From assembly GCA_964587885.1 (NCBI GenBank), contig CAZPME010000008.1, forward strand, positions 1-64,000: a stretch of 64,000 nucleotides of DNA, written 5' to 3'. Below the pieces are notes generated by a model. That model was not told the origin of the DNA. It did not search any database and saw only the letters and a list, made by a program, of their open reading frames with translations. Position numbers and translations under genes: made by a program. Shown piece by piece: positions 9,021 to 19,418 of this stretch (positions are counted from its first letter, which is position 1; every line of letters begins with the position of its first letter). This DNA is from an uncultured Candidatus Poseidoniales archaeon (GTDB lineage Archaea; Thermoplasmatota; Poseidoniia; Poseidoniales; Poseidoniaceae).

Positions 9021-10304
9021 ATGTCGATTAGGCCTTTCCTTTCTATGCTTCTAGTGTTTATGCTAGTGTTGTCAGGTTGCATTGGTGGAGATGGAGTTAG
9101 TGCGCGTGACTCAGTTTCAAGTGTAGATGGGGGTACAATCACTTTGGTAGTTTGGTCTACCTTCGAGGCAGATTCACTTGAAGATGAGGTTTTTCTCGAT
9201 GCAGTGGAATTGTTTGAAAATGAGCATCCAAATATTGTTGTCGATGTATCAAATCGCCCATTTATGCAGGCTACAGATTCTTTTCGAGTGGCTGCACAGG
9301 GTGGAGAGGCTCCAGATTTGATGCGTTTTGCCAGTGACCAGTTGGGGCAAATTGGAGCAATGCGGGTAAATGGTTATCCTCTACTTGAGGACCTAAGACC
9401 ACATCTTACCCCAAGCGACCGAGCGGTATATGATGCACAAGCACTTTCTTCTATGCGGATTGGGGATGAGTTGTATGCATTACCGGCTAGCCTTGATTGT
9501 GTTAGTTTAATTTACAATGCAGATATTTTTGCCGCCGAAGACATCGCTCTACCCGATAGCAATACTACGTGGGAAGAATTGTTGGAAAAGGCAGATCAAT
9601 TGACTCACGGAAAGCAAGTAGGACTTTCGGTTCCTGTCAAAGACCCATATCGCTGGTTGGCGATGCAGCGCGGTTGGGGTGGTGAATTATTTGACCAAAA
9701 CGGACTACCTACGCTAAACTCAAATGGTTCGGCAGAGGGGCTTTCAGCATGGATTTCCTTAGATGAGTCTCACGGGGGAGTGGTTCCTACTGGTACCAGT
9801 ATTGATGCCATGAAGGCCCAGTTTCGTGAGCGTCAAGCCGCGATGATAATCGACGGACCTTGGAATTGGGCAACTTATACTCAAGCTCGTATTAATGTCG
9901 GTCAAGCACCATTGCCTTTGGTTAATTCTAGTGGTGAAAGAATTTCTCCGATGGTTACCTACAAAGGATGGTCAGTGAGTAAACAAAGCCAGCACAAAGA
10001 GGCTGCGGTAGAACTTGCAATGTGGCTTTCTAGTGAATCGGTGCAGAAGCGTTTTGCACTAGAAACTTGGACAATGCCCACCGCTTTCAATGTGCAAAAT
10101 GACCAACAAGTTCGGGATGATGTCGTACTGACGGGCTTCCTAGAGCAAGCCGAATATGGTTTCCCAGCCCCTACCAGCCAGACGATGGGAATGGTGTGGG
10201 ACCCCCTTTCAGCAGCAATCGAAAATGTATATGCCGAACAATTGAGCGCTGAAGATGCGTTGAATCAAGCAAACCAGCAATTGTTAGAAGAGGTGAATGG
10301 ATGA
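9021..10304 (+). CDS. ABC transporter solute-binding lipoprotein, maltose/maltodextrin (MalE)-like.
   Basis: N-terminal signal with lipobox-like 'VLSGCIGG'; family-1 SBP fold signatures; first gene of an SBP-permease-permease-ATPase operon next to amylolytic enzymes. Confidence 0.8.
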   Translation: MSIRPFLSMLLVFMLVLSGCIGGDGVSARDSVSSVDGGTITLVVWSTFEADSLEDEVFLDAVELFENEHPNIVVDVSNRPFMQATDSFRVAAQGGEAPDLMRFASDQLGQIGAMRVNGYPLLEDLRPHLTPSDRAVYDAQALSSMRIGDELYALPASLDCVSLIYNADIFAAEDIALPDSNTTWEELLEKADQLTHGKQVGLSVPVKDPYRWLAMQRGWGGELFDQNGLPTLNSNGSAEGLSAWISLDESHGGVVPTGTSIDAMKAQFRERQAAMIIDGPWNWATYTQARINVGQAPLPLVNSSGERISPMVTYKGWSVSKQSQHKEAAVELAMWLSSESVQKRFALETWTMPTAFNVQNDQQVRDDVVLTGFLEQAEYGFPAPTSQTMGMVWDPLSAAIENVYAEQLSAEDALNQANQQLLEEVNG

Positions 10305-11788
10305 GACATTGCCTGTTGCTTCCATTCTGGTGTCTATCATTGGTGCTGACTCTTTCCCTTGCTGCGAATGAGGTTGGGGCGGCCCCAGTTGAACAAATCA
10401 GCGCCGATGGCAATGCTGGATACCGTCAGGTGAATTTGACTTGGCATCTACAAAGCCCATCCCAAGATGGTGACGGATTCCAAGTGATGTTTGCGGCGTC
10501 AGATTTCAATGTTTCAGATCAAGCCGAATTGCATTCTATCATTTGGACAGGTGCGACTGAAGATTTGTCTCAACCAGCCGCCGGTGAATGGTATGATGAT
10601 TGTATCAGTCGAAGCGGAACAGGTGAGTGGAATGCAGTCCATCGATCAGTCAATGGCAGTGCGGTTGTACCCGTGGGTGTTGATGAAATCCAATGCACAT
10701 TAACAGGAATGCCGGCTGGCGAAGAGATATTTGTGGCGGTAATTCCAATTGATTGGCAATGGGCTCACGGTGAGTTGAGTGAAACTGTTGCAGTCACCTC
10801 TTCGGCAGTAGATGAATTGCCTCCAAGTTCTGATTCAAGTCCAGTATGGTTTGCAATCGGGAGTATTGCATTATCATTGATCATTCTGCTTTCGTTTATT
10901 GGTTGGAAAGAACGCAGTGCCCAAGGTCGCTCGGCGATGTTTTATGTCGCTCCAGCCTTAATGGCGTTGGCATTGTTGACATTTTATCCGGTTGGATATG
11001 GCATCGTATTATCATTTACCGATGCTAATCAAGGGGCGTTAGGCGAGGAGTCGTTCAATGGTTTGGATAATTATCTCACAGTATTTACCAGCGCCGGATT
11101 CATCCGAGTTCTTGGATTCACACTGCTTTGGACAGTGGTCAACGTTAGCGCCCACATCGGAATTGGCTTGGCTTTAGCTATGGCTTTGCAGGGCAAGATA
11201 AGAGGCAAGGTTGCGTACCGAACGATCCTCCTCTTGCCGTGGGCGATTCCTTCATACATTTCCGTCTTGGTATGGCGTGGGATTTTCCAAAATGACGGAT
11301 TGCTGAATGGGTTACTGGGTACTGAAATCGATATCTTGGGTCTGCCAGCAACCGCGGCAGCGGCTGTAATTTTGGTTAATATTTGGCTCGGTTTCCCTTT
11401 CATGATGATGACGATTTCAGGTGCACTTCAGACTATACCTCGTGATATCTATGAGGCGGCTGAAGTGGACGGAGTATCAGCCATTTCTCAGTTCAGACAT
11501 CTTACTTTACCGATGTTAAAACCGGCGATTGTACCGGTTTCTTTGCTCGGATTTATCTGGACATTCAATATGTTTAACGTGATTTATCTAATGACAGATG
11601 GTGGCCCAAATCTTTGGTTTGGTCAGCCTGGTTCGACAGACATTTTGGTGACCTACGTCTATGATGTCGCATTTAGAAGAGGATTGTATGGTGTGGCAGC
11701 GGCTTGGTCGGTAGTGATTTTCTTGATGCTGTTATGGTTCTCTTATGTCTATATGCGCAAGACCAATGCAACGGAGTCGGTAGTGTGA
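10301..11788 (+). CDS. ABC sugar permease (MalF-like) with an N-terminal signal peptide and an extracellular extension of about 170 aa.
   Basis: Multi-TM MalF/MalG-type permease core with an EAA-like loop; 4-nt overlap with the upstream SBP gene; N-terminal secreted domain 'AAPVEQISADGNAGYRQVNLTWHLQ...'. Confidence 0.8.
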   Translation: MRHCLLLPFWCLSLVLTLSLAANEVGAAPVEQISADGNAGYRQVNLTWHLQSPSQDGDGFQVMFAASDFNVSDQAELHSIIWTGATEDLSQPAAGEWYDDCISRSGTGEWNAVHRSVNGSAVVPVGVDEIQCTLTGMPAGEEIFVAVIPIDWQWAHGELSETVAVTSSAVDELPPSSDSSPVWFAIGSIALSLIILLSFIGWKERSAQGRSAMFYVAPALMALALLTFYPVGYGIVLSFTDANQGALGEESFNGLDNYLTVFTSAGFIRVLGFTLLWTVVNVSAHIGIGLALAMALQGKIRGKVAYRTILLLPWAIPSYISVLVWRGIFQNDGLLNGLLGTEIDILGLPATAAAAVILVNIWLGFPFMMMTISGALQTIPRDIYEAAEVDGVSAISQFRHLTLPMLKPAIVPVSLLGFIWTFNMFNVIYLMTDGGPNLWFGQPGSTDILVTYVYDVAFRRGLYGVAAAWSVVIFLMLLWFSYVYMRKTNATESVV

Positions 11789-13053
11789 GTAATTCCGAAA
11801 GCATTGCAGTACGTTGGTTTGTTCCTCTAGAGTTGAGCATTGTACGCGGTGCAGCAATGTTGTCGAGTTCATTTTTGGCCTTTGTTATGGCGGTAGATTA
11901 TTTGCGCCAAGACGTTGAATCATTGTGGCTTCATGGCCTTGGAATCATCTGTTTATTGGTGATGATTTGGGCCGTATCTAACCATTCTGTGGAAGGAAGA
12001 TTGAGACGCCGAGATATCTCATTACTTGTTAGTGGAGTGGGAATGTCCGTGGGTGTGCTAGGCCTTGCACTACGCAGCCCAGAATACTTGCTAGTGGATA
12101 TTTGGGCGGTGATGTTACTGATTTTTCCTTCGGCATTGTGCCTCTATTCGGCCTCATCACCTGTGGTTTCACGTTGGGCTAAACAGAAACTGTCGCAAGA
12201 TGAAGCCGAATCCGGATTAGTGCGCAATAAGCGTTTATTGCCGCGTTGGAAATCAGCTCTCAAACATGCAGTATTGGCTCATATCCTCATTGTCGTTATC
12301 GTTCCAGTTTTATGGATTATTGATGTTGCAACTTCAAGCGGAAATAGCCTGTTTGGAGGCGAGATGTTTGCCGCCCCAACCGGCGAGCATTTCGCTAATA
12401 TTTTGGGCGGAGATGATTTTTGGATCTGGGCCCGCAACTCAATCATCGTTAGTATCGGCACCACTCTACTGGGGTTATGTCTAGCAATTCCAGCCGGCTA
12501 TGCCTTCTCTCGCTTCCGCTTCAAAGGTCGTGGTGCGATGATGTTTGCATTTTTATTGGTGCAGATGTTTCCAGGCATTATCATCTTGGTTCCATATTTC
12601 ATGGTGATGAAATCACTCGGTCTACTGAACTCGGCTCTAGGGCTGATTCTCGCATATTCTGTTACTGCCTTACCGCTGTGTGTTTGGATGTTAAAGGGTT
12701 TCTTTGATACTGTGCCTAAAGAGTTGGAAGAGGCCGCATTATTGGATGGTTGTAGTCAGTTTGGGGTGTTTTACAGGATAATTTTACCTCTAAGTCTCCC
12801 CGCAATTGCAGTTACAGCACTATTTTCATTCCTCGCTGCTTGGAATGAATTTCTCCTAGCCCTAACCTTCAATACCAGCGATGAAATGTTCACTTTACCC
12901 GTTGGGCTAGCCTCGTATATTTCTGAAACTAATTCGGCTTGGGGTGATTTTGCTGCTATGTCTTTATTGGTTGCAATTCCCGTAGTATTGCTATTCATCG
13001 TCTTCCAGAAATTCCTCATTGAGGGATTGACGGCGGGAAGCGTAAAAGGTTGA
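11785..13053 (+). CDS. ABC sugar permease (MalG-like) with an N-terminal multi-TM extension of about 160 aa. The start is uncertain: GTG 11785 overlapping the upstream stop as GTGA, or ATG 11857.
   Basis: C-terminal 280 aa is a typical MalG-type permease ('FLLVQMFPGIIILVPYF', EAA loop 'ALLDGCSQFGVFYRIILPLS'). Confidence 0.7.
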   Translation: MSNSESIAVRWFVPLELSIVRGAAMLSSSFLAFVMAVDYLRQDVESLWLHGLGIICLLVMIWAVSNHSVEGRLRRRDISLLVSGVGMSVGVLGLALRSPEYLLVDIWAVMLLIFPSALCLYSASSPVVSRWAKQKLSQDEAESGLVRNKRLLPRWKSALKHAVLAHILIVVIVPVLWIIDVATSSGNSLFGGEMFAAPTGEHFANILGGDDFWIWARNSIIVSIGTTLLGLCLAIPAGYAFSRFRFKGRGAMMFAFLLVQMFPGIIILVPYFMVMKSLGLLNSALGLILAYSVTALPLCVWMLKGFFDTVPKELEEAALLDGCSQFGVFYRIILPLSLPAIAVTALFSFLAAWNEFLLALTFNTSDEMFTLPVGLASYISETNSAWGDFAAMSLLVAIPVVLLFIVFQKFLIEGLTAGSVKG

Positions 13054-13064
13054 GAGTGGAAAAA

Positions 13065-13838
13065 ATGAGCAGTGTAAGTTTTGTTGAAGCAGTAAAGACA
13101 TATCCCGATGGTACGACCGCGGTAAAAGGGCTAAATATTGAGGTCAAATCTGGCGAATTTCTAGTATTAGTGGGACCTTCCGGTTGTGGTAAATCGACCA
13201 CATTACGAATGTTGGCTGGGCTTGAGGACATCAGTGGCGGCGAGATCCGGATTGATGGAGCAAGGGTCAACGATTTACCACCCAAAGCACGTGACATTGG
13301 CATGGTTTTCCAGTCTTATGCGTTGTATCCACACATGACCGTAGAGGAAAATCTAACTTTTGGATTACGGATGCTGAAAGGGGATGAGCGATTATCTAGT
13401 GATGAAATCGAGACTAGATTGAAAGAGACCGGTGATTTATTGGGAATTAGTGAATTACTCAGCAAGCGACCTAAGGAACTCTCTGGTGGTCAACGCCAAA
13501 GGGTGGCATTAGGGCGAGCGTTAATTCGAAGGCCGAAGGTATTACTGATGGATGAGCCGCTTTCAAATCTCGATGCAGAATTGCGTAATCAAATGCGCAT
13601 TGAGTTGCGTCGTCTACACGATGAATTGGGAACTACTACGGTTTACGTTACCCACGACCAAATTGAGGCAATGACCTTGGCCGACAGAATCGCCATCTTG
13701 AACGATGGTGAATTGCAGCAACTTGCCCCACCACTAGAGGCCTATAACCAACCAGCGAACGATTTCGTCCGAGGTTTCTTGTGCAAGCATATCGACGAAA
13801 TTGTTTCGACAGCAACTGAGATTTTTTCCAGCAAGTGA
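13065..13838 (+). CDS. ABC transporter ATP-binding protein (MalK/UgpC-like nucleotide-binding domain only; the C-terminal regulatory TOBE domain is absent).
   Basis: Walker A 'GPSGCGKST'; signature 'LSGGQRQRVALGRAL'; Walker B 'LLMDEPLSNLD'; H-loop 'VTHDQ'. The protein ends about 25 aa after the H-loop region. Confidence 0.8.
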   Translation: MSSVSFVEAVKTYPDGTTAVKGLNIEVKSGEFLVLVGPSGCGKSTTLRMLAGLEDISGGEIRIDGARVNDLPPKARDIGMVFQSYALYPHMTVEENLTFGLRMLKGDERLSSDEIETRLKETGDLLGISELLSKRPKELSGGQRQRVALGRALIRRPKVLLMDEPLSNLDAELRNQMRIELRRLHDELGTTTVYVTHDQIEAMTLADRIAILNDGELQQLAPPLEAYNQPANDFVRGFLCKHIDEIVSTATEIFSSK

Positions 13839-13847
13839 GGTGAATTC

Positions 13848-16352
13848 ATGTATAGTCGGCAGAAATCAATGCTATTGGTAATACTGCTCGTCTTCCAGAC
13901 TTGGATGGTCATTCATGTTCAACCTATTGCATCGTCTGATGGCGAGGGTGTCAGTGCTCCTTTACGTGTTCGCAGCACGATGACTGAATTTTCTTGGCAA
14001 CCGCCGGTTGGTGATGAGATCCCGAACAATGTCAGCCTCGTTGGGGAATGGAATTGGGAGATTCCAGCAGAGATGTCTTTGAACTCGTCTACCGGAATCT
14101 GGTCGGTTGAGTTGGAGTTGGACGAAGGAATATATTGCTACAAGATCATTTTGGATGGCACCGATTATATCTTTGATGTCCACAATCCTGAGCGCATATA
14201 TTGCGATGGAATGGAAAATTCCCTTGCCCGAGTGAATAACCACACTCGCTCAACCTTCTCATTAGAGCTTGATTCAGTCACTGGCTTACCGGCACGAATA
14301 CTATTGCACTCAGGCTCTGATGGCTCAACGCTATTAACAGGGGGGCCAATTTTGAAGAGTGGCTTCTACCCTGGAGTTACCACTTTCAACCAGACAACTG
14401 AAGCATGGGATATCAACCTCAGTGTTTTGCCTGATGGGAAGCACACATTTCACGTCAATGGAGTCGATGATGATGGGTATCATGCCGAGGATATCCTAAT
14501 CCCTTTTTGGCTAGGAGAATCGGCTGATTTTGAATGGCAACAAGCGCTTATCTACATGGTTATGACCGACCGATTCGTCAATGGAAACTCCAGTAATGAT
14601 GGTGCAAATGCTCAATCAACCGCCGATGGAGCAGAATGGCAAGGCGGTGATTTTGCCGGAGTCACAGAAATGATTGAGTCGGGTTATTTCTCCAATCTTG
14701 GAGTAAATGCCCTTTGGCTCACCCCTTTCAATAGTGCAGCGCAAGGTAGTGAAATGGCCGGAGATGGAACTCATGAAGTAAGTTCTTATCACGGCTATTG
14801 GCCAATTGCACCGCGTTCTGTAGATGAGCGTTTGGGAACTGAGGCCGAATTGGAAGAGATGGTGGATGCTGCCCATGAAAATGGAATACGCGTGATGATG
14901 GATTTTGTAGTGAATCATGTGCATGAGGACCACCCATACTATTCCGAAAACCCGGACTGGTTCAATCAAGGATGCCTATGTGGAAGCACAGATTGTGATT
15001 GGACTGAGCATCGCCTCGATTGCTTATTTAGAAATTACATGCCTGATCTCGATTGGACCAACCGCAATGCTAGCGAACAGATGATTGCGGATGGTCTGTG
15101 GTGGTTAGAGCGCTTCGACCTTGATGGTGCTCGCATTGATGCGGTGAAACATGTTGATGATCTTGCAATTTACAATTTTGCTAGTCGAGTTAGTGAGAGG
15201 TTTGAATCTGGCGGCTTGGACTACTATCTCAAAGGTGAGACTGCTATGGGGTGGTCGGGCCATGAATTGAGTGATAATCTCGGTCAATACGAGATGATAA
15301 ATCGCTACATGAGTGAAGGGGGACTGGATGGGCAAGCCGATTTCGTACTCTATCATGCGGTAATTGACAATGTGTTTACAACCGGGCAAATGGATTACCA
15401 ACATCTCGATTATTGGACCAACCGCAGTAATGACCAATATGTTGATGATGCACTTATGGTCAATTTCATTGGTAGCCATGACTCTCCACGATTCATTAGC
15501 CGAGCCGACTCGGGTACTGCGGATGAGTGGAATCAGTGGTCTGAGCAAGGGCTACCGGGACAACCTGGAATTGACGAACCTTACTCGGCAGCGTTGCAAG
15601 CGTTTACCTGGCTGCTGACCTCTCCCAATGTGCCGATGATTTACATGGGTGATGAATATGGAGAATATGGGGGTGCTGACCCCGATAACCGCCACATGTA
15701 TCGCAATATGTCGCAATGGAATGACAGAGAGTCTTCATTGGCTGAAAATGTAAGCGCATTAGGTCGATTGCGCGCCGACCTGAAGGTGCTTCAATATGGT
15801 AATTATTCGACGATATATTCTGCTGCAGACACTTTGGCGATAGAACGTGGTGGTACTAATGTCTCGGCATTAGTGGTGCTGAATCGTGGCGATGAGGTAG
15901 TGGAATTTGCTTGCCCCGCGGGCGCTAACAACTCATATGACTTGCGTTTTGGTCAAGGTCAATGGCAAAATGACCTTGTAACAATAGCGGCCAATCAAGT
16001 AGCCATCTTCGCCTTGAACACCTCTATTGGGGAGGGAAGTGAAACTGACGAGGACAATAATTCGACCAATAACAATAGTGATAATGGTACAAATAATTCA
16101 ACTTCTCCGCTGGATGGCAACTCTACCCAGAATATGACTAATAGTTCAGATACTGGCCCAGATGTGGGAAATGGTAGCGGTAATACTAACGGGACTGACA
16201 TAAACAACACTGAGGATGGTGGGAATGGAGACCAAACTGAGGTTGACGAGCCGAATTCTAGCAGTAGTCAAATCACCGTAGTGAGAGCCATATTGTTAAT
16301 AATTCTTGGTCTACTGATAATACAAGTAGGTATTCACCGGTCCAAAGAATAA
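13848..16352 (+). CDS. Secreted GH13 alpha-amylase with a C-terminal Asn/Ser/Thr-rich stalk and a single C-terminal TM anchor.
   Basis: Signal peptide; GH13 conserved regions 'DFVVNHV', 'GARIDAVKHV', 'FIGSHDSPRF'; N/S/T-rich linker full of N-x-S/T sequons; C-terminal hydrophobic 'VVRAILLIILGLLIIQVGI' plus 'HRSKE'. Confidence 0.85.
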   Translation: MYSRQKSMLLVILLVFQTWMVIHVQPIASSDGEGVSAPLRVRSTMTEFSWQPPVGDEIPNNVSLVGEWNWEIPAEMSLNSSTGIWSVELELDEGIYCYKIILDGTDYIFDVHNPERIYCDGMENSLARVNNHTRSTFSLELDSVTGLPARILLHSGSDGSTLLTGGPILKSGFYPGVTTFNQTTEAWDINLSVLPDGKHTFHVNGVDDDGYHAEDILIPFWLGESADFEWQQALIYMVMTDRFVNGNSSNDGANAQSTADGAEWQGGDFAGVTEMIESGYFSNLGVNALWLTPFNSAAQGSEMAGDGTHEVSSYHGYWPIAPRSVDERLGTEAELEEMVDAAHENGIRVMMDFVVNHVHEDHPYYSENPDWFNQGCLCGSTDCDWTEHRLDCLFRNYMPDLDWTNRNASEQMIADGLWWLERFDLDGARIDAVKHVDDLAIYNFASRVSERFESGGLDYYLKGETAMGWSGHELSDNLGQYEMINRYMSEGGLDGQADFVLYHAVIDNVFTTGQMDYQHLDYWTNRSNDQYVDDALMVNFIGSHDSPRFISRADSGTADEWNQWSEQGLPGQPGIDEPYSAALQAFTWLLTSPNVPMIYMGDEYGEYGGADPDNRHMYRNMSQWNDRESSLAENVSALGRLRADLKVLQYGNYSTIYSAADTLAIERGGTNVSALVVLNRGDEVVEFACPAGANNSYDLRFGQGQWQNDLVTIAANQVAIFALNTSIGEGSETDEDNNSTNNNSDNGTNNSTSPLDGNSTQNMTNSSDTGPDVGNGSGNTNGTDINNTEDGGNGDQTEVDEPNSSSSQITVVRAILLIILGLLIIQVGIHRSKE

Positions 16353-16358
16353 TGGCGG

Positions 16359-19300
16359 TTATTCCTTACCGAATCGGGTATAAAATTCGCCATAATCATC
16401 GAGCATTCGTGCTGCACTAAATTTCGAACCAGCGGTAATTGCCCCGCGCACAATGGGCAACCATTTTTCCGCTCCGGCCTCCCATAATGGAATTACTTCA
16501 TGCTCTAACACATCGAGGATTGCTTCACCATCGCGCTCATCATCTCTATCCATCTCATCATTGCCAATCGCCCAGCCATTGATTCCGTGGGCACAAGCCT
16601 CTGGCCACCATCCGTCGAGGATTGAGCAGTTAGGCACTCCACTCATACTTGCCTTCATTCCGCTGGTACCACTAGCTTCCATTGGTCGGACCGGATTATT
16701 GAGCCAAATATCGACACCATTGGTCATCACACGACCGGTTTCCATCGAGTAATCTTCCAAGAAAGCAACTGGAATCTTGCCTTGCAATTCAGTTGCAGCC
16801 TCAAAGACATTGCTGATCAATTGCTTACCACCCTCATCCCGAGGATGAGCCTTTCCTGCGAATACAAATTGGATTTTACCGGCTCCAATACGCTCTAATC
16901 TTTTGAGGTTGCGAAATACTAAGTCTGCACGCTTGTAGGTGGCAAAGCGGCGAGCAAATCCTATGGTTAGTGCATTTGACTCAAATTCGACACCGGTGCA
17001 GACTTTGACCAAGTCGTGTAATATTGAACGGGAGGTATTCCTCGCCGCCATTAAGGCATCATCCGGTGCTAGATGGTTGTCTACTAATTTAGCAGGATCT
17101 TTTCTCCATTCTGGTAGATGAACGTCAAATAATTCCTGCATAGGTGGACCAACCCAAGTTAGGTGGTGCACGCCATTGGTTATGGGATGAACTTGGTATT
17201 CAGGAAACATTCCTGCTGCAACTTGTGCATTTAGTATGGATACTGCGTTTACTTGACCAGCGAAATAGGCTGCTAAATGTGACATTGAACAGGCATTACC
17301 ACCCAAATAATTCCGCACCTCAATTGGTAATAATTCGCCTAATATCGCTTCAACATCTTCCCATGCAAAGTAGTCGTGTCCTGCTGGAACTGGAGTGTGG
17401 GTGGTGAATAGACTGCGCTGAGATAATTCCTCACGACTCCAACCTTGAGACAACATTTCCAGTGCTGCGAAGGCACAATGGCCTTCATTCATGTGAATTC
17501 CCTGCAAGGGCCACCGTCCGAGAGCCTTCAGAGCCCTTACACCACCGACGCCGAGCAAATATTCTTGGCGAATACGTGTTTCATCACCTCCTCCATAGAG
17601 GCGCTCACCTAACGAGGAATGAATGGAGTCATTATCCGGATGCATGGTGTCGAGAAATAAGACGTCGATTTCGTTACCGAATTCCGACTTTATGGTATAT
17701 TTCCAAATTCTACTAATCAGAGATTTTCCGTCGAGTGGAATGGCGATGTCGACGCCGGTATCGTCGAGAATAGTGCGTGGGTCAAAAGCGGGAAAGGTTT
17801 CGGTTTGTTTGCCTTTTTCATCGAGGTGTTGGCGTCCGTAACCGTGGCGGTATAGTAAGGTGACAGCGATAAAATTGAGCCCCTTGTCGGCGGCGGCTTT
17901 GATATGGTCGCCGGCTAGAACTCCTAGGCCACCTGAATAGGTAGGTAGGTCACTACGCAATCCTATTTCAGCACTGAAATAGGCGATTATATTCGTCCCA
18001 CTCTTGGAATCTTTTGGCTCATTGATAATACTCCGACCACTCTCAATGGTTTTGTTGGCGAGCCAAGAAAAATCACTTGGTTCAATATCATCCCATTCAA
18101 ATTGCCACAGCCAGTTGCCGATTTTACTACCGGGTGTATTCATGCGCGCTGATGATTCTAACCCCATCACATCTTGCAAGGGTATAATCGTAGTTTGGGC
18201 ACGACTAAAAAGGGCTGAGCGCATTAGACGACGGTGGATTGGGCGGTCATTCTTATCGATGATGATTTCATCATCAAGGGTGTTAGCAACTTGATCACGA
18301 CCCTCTTGATTGAGATTAGAAAACCAACCGACTGTTGTGTTGTTATCGTGAGTTCCACTATAGCAAATCACATCTTCAGCAATATTAGTAGGTAGGTGAG
18401 GGTTGTCACTATTACCATCAAAAGCGAATTGTAAAACTGCCATTCCTTGCATTTCATGCCGTTGCCGTAATTCAATAACCTCTGGTGGGATGATGCCGAG
18501 GTCTTCAGCGATGAGGCGTCCTTCACCCGCGACATCCTTCAGTGCATCTAGCAATTCATCGCGCGGACCTGCGACCCATGCACCATCAGCAGCACTTTCA
18601 GACGAAGCAGGAATCGACCAATAGTCGTGAATAGCGCGGAAGTGATCGATTCGCAGGCGATGAAAACGGCCAAGAGAAGTTGCGATTCTAGCCCGCCACC
18701 AAGCGAAACCTTCACTCTGATGGGCATTCCAATTGTAAAGTGGTGTACCCCAAAATTGACCCTGGTCACTGAATGCATCGGGTGGCACTCCAGATACATG
18801 TGTTGGCTCTCCATCTTCATTGAGTTGGAAGAGGTTCTGATTGGCCCATACGTCGGCGCTATCATAGGCGATGAAAAAAGGAATGTCGCCAATCAATTCA
18901 ATGTCTCTTTCTTCAGCAGCAGCACGCAATTCATCCCACTGTTTGGCAAAGGCCAACTGCTCGCCTATATGCCGCCAATAATCGTGAATATTTTCGGCCT
19001 TCAACGATTCCAAGGCGGCACGTTTACGGTTTCTTAATGGCTCATCCCACTGCGACCAAGGAGCCCAATCATTGAGTTGCTTGGCGATTTGATATAGTGC
19101 CCAATCATGTACCCAAGGATTTTGAAGACGAAATTCCATCAACCCGCCATGAGCAAAAACCCTAGTTGCGATTTCTTTGTCGAGTAGAGTAATATCTCCA
19201 GCGAAGGCAGATGTGCTAGCATAGGGCGAATCGTATTGGTCGGGGGGGTGGATTGGCAACATCTGCCACGCCGATTGTCCTGCACTCTGCAATAGGTCGA

Positions 19301-19418
19301 GAAAGCGCATGGCATGCTGACCTAATCCTCCCCTTGCCTTGTCATTAGGCAGGGAAGTTAAATGGCAAAGGAGGCCACTCTTGCGCATATTATCGTGGCG
19401 GCCGAGAAGGGGATTCAA
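16359..19418 (-). CDS. Fusion protein: N-terminal GH77 4-alpha-glucanotransferase (amylomaltase, MalQ-like) plus C-terminal GT35 alpha-glucan/maltodextrin phosphorylase (MalP-like).
   Basis: N-terminus 'RKSGLLCHLTSLPNDKARGGLGQHAMRFLDLLQSAGQSAWQMLPIHPP...DSPYASTSAFAGD' is the canonical GH77 signature; C-terminal half has the GT35 PLP-site 'EASGTSGMKA'. Single 1019-aa ORF, no internal stop. Confidence 0.8.
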   Translation of the reverse strand: MNPLLGRHDNMRKSGLLCHLTSLPNDKARGGLGQHAMRFLDLLQSAGQSAWQMLPIHPPDQYDSPYASTSAFAGDITLLDKEIATRVFAHGGLMEFRLQNPWVHDWALYQIAKQLNDWAPWSQWDEPLRNRKRAALESLKAENIHDYWRHIGEQLAFAKQWDELRAAAEERDIELIGDIPFFIAYDSADVWANQNLFQLNEDGEPTHVSGVPPDAFSDQGQFWGTPLYNWNAHQSEGFAWWRARIATSLGRFHRLRIDHFRAIHDYWSIPASSESAADGAWVAGPRDELLDALKDVAGEGRLIAEDLGIIPPEVIELRQRHEMQGMAVLQFAFDGNSDNPHLPTNIAEDVICYSGTHDNNTTVGWFSNLNQEGRDQVANTLDDEIIIDKNDRPIHRRLMRSALFSRAQTTIIPLQDVMGLESSARMNTPGSKIGNWLWQFEWDDIEPSDFSWLANKTIESGRSIINEPKDSKSGTNIIAYFSAEIGLRSDLPTYSGGLGVLAGDHIKAAADKGLNFIAVTLLYRHGYGRQHLDEKGKQTETFPAFDPRTILDDTGVDIAIPLDGKSLISRIWKYTIKSEFGNEIDVLFLDTMHPDNDSIHSSLGERLYGGGDETRIRQEYLLGVGGVRALKALGRWPLQGIHMNEGHCAFAALEMLSQGWSREELSQRSLFTTHTPVPAGHDYFAWEDVEAILGELLPIEVRNYLGGNACSMSHLAAYFAGQVNAVSILNAQVAAGMFPEYQVHPITNGVHHLTWVGPPMQELFDVHLPEWRKDPAKLVDNHLAPDDALMAARNTSRSILHDLVKVCTGVEFESNALTIGFARRFATYKRADLVFRNLKRLERIGAGKIQFVFAGKAHPRDEGGKQLISNVFEAATELQGKIPVAFLEDYSMETGRVMTNGVDIWLNNPVRPMEASGTSGMKASMSGVPNCSILDGWWPEACAHGINGWAIGNDEMDRDDERDGEAILDVLEHEVIPLWEAGAEKWLPIVRGAITAGSKFSAARMLDDYGEFYTRFGKE

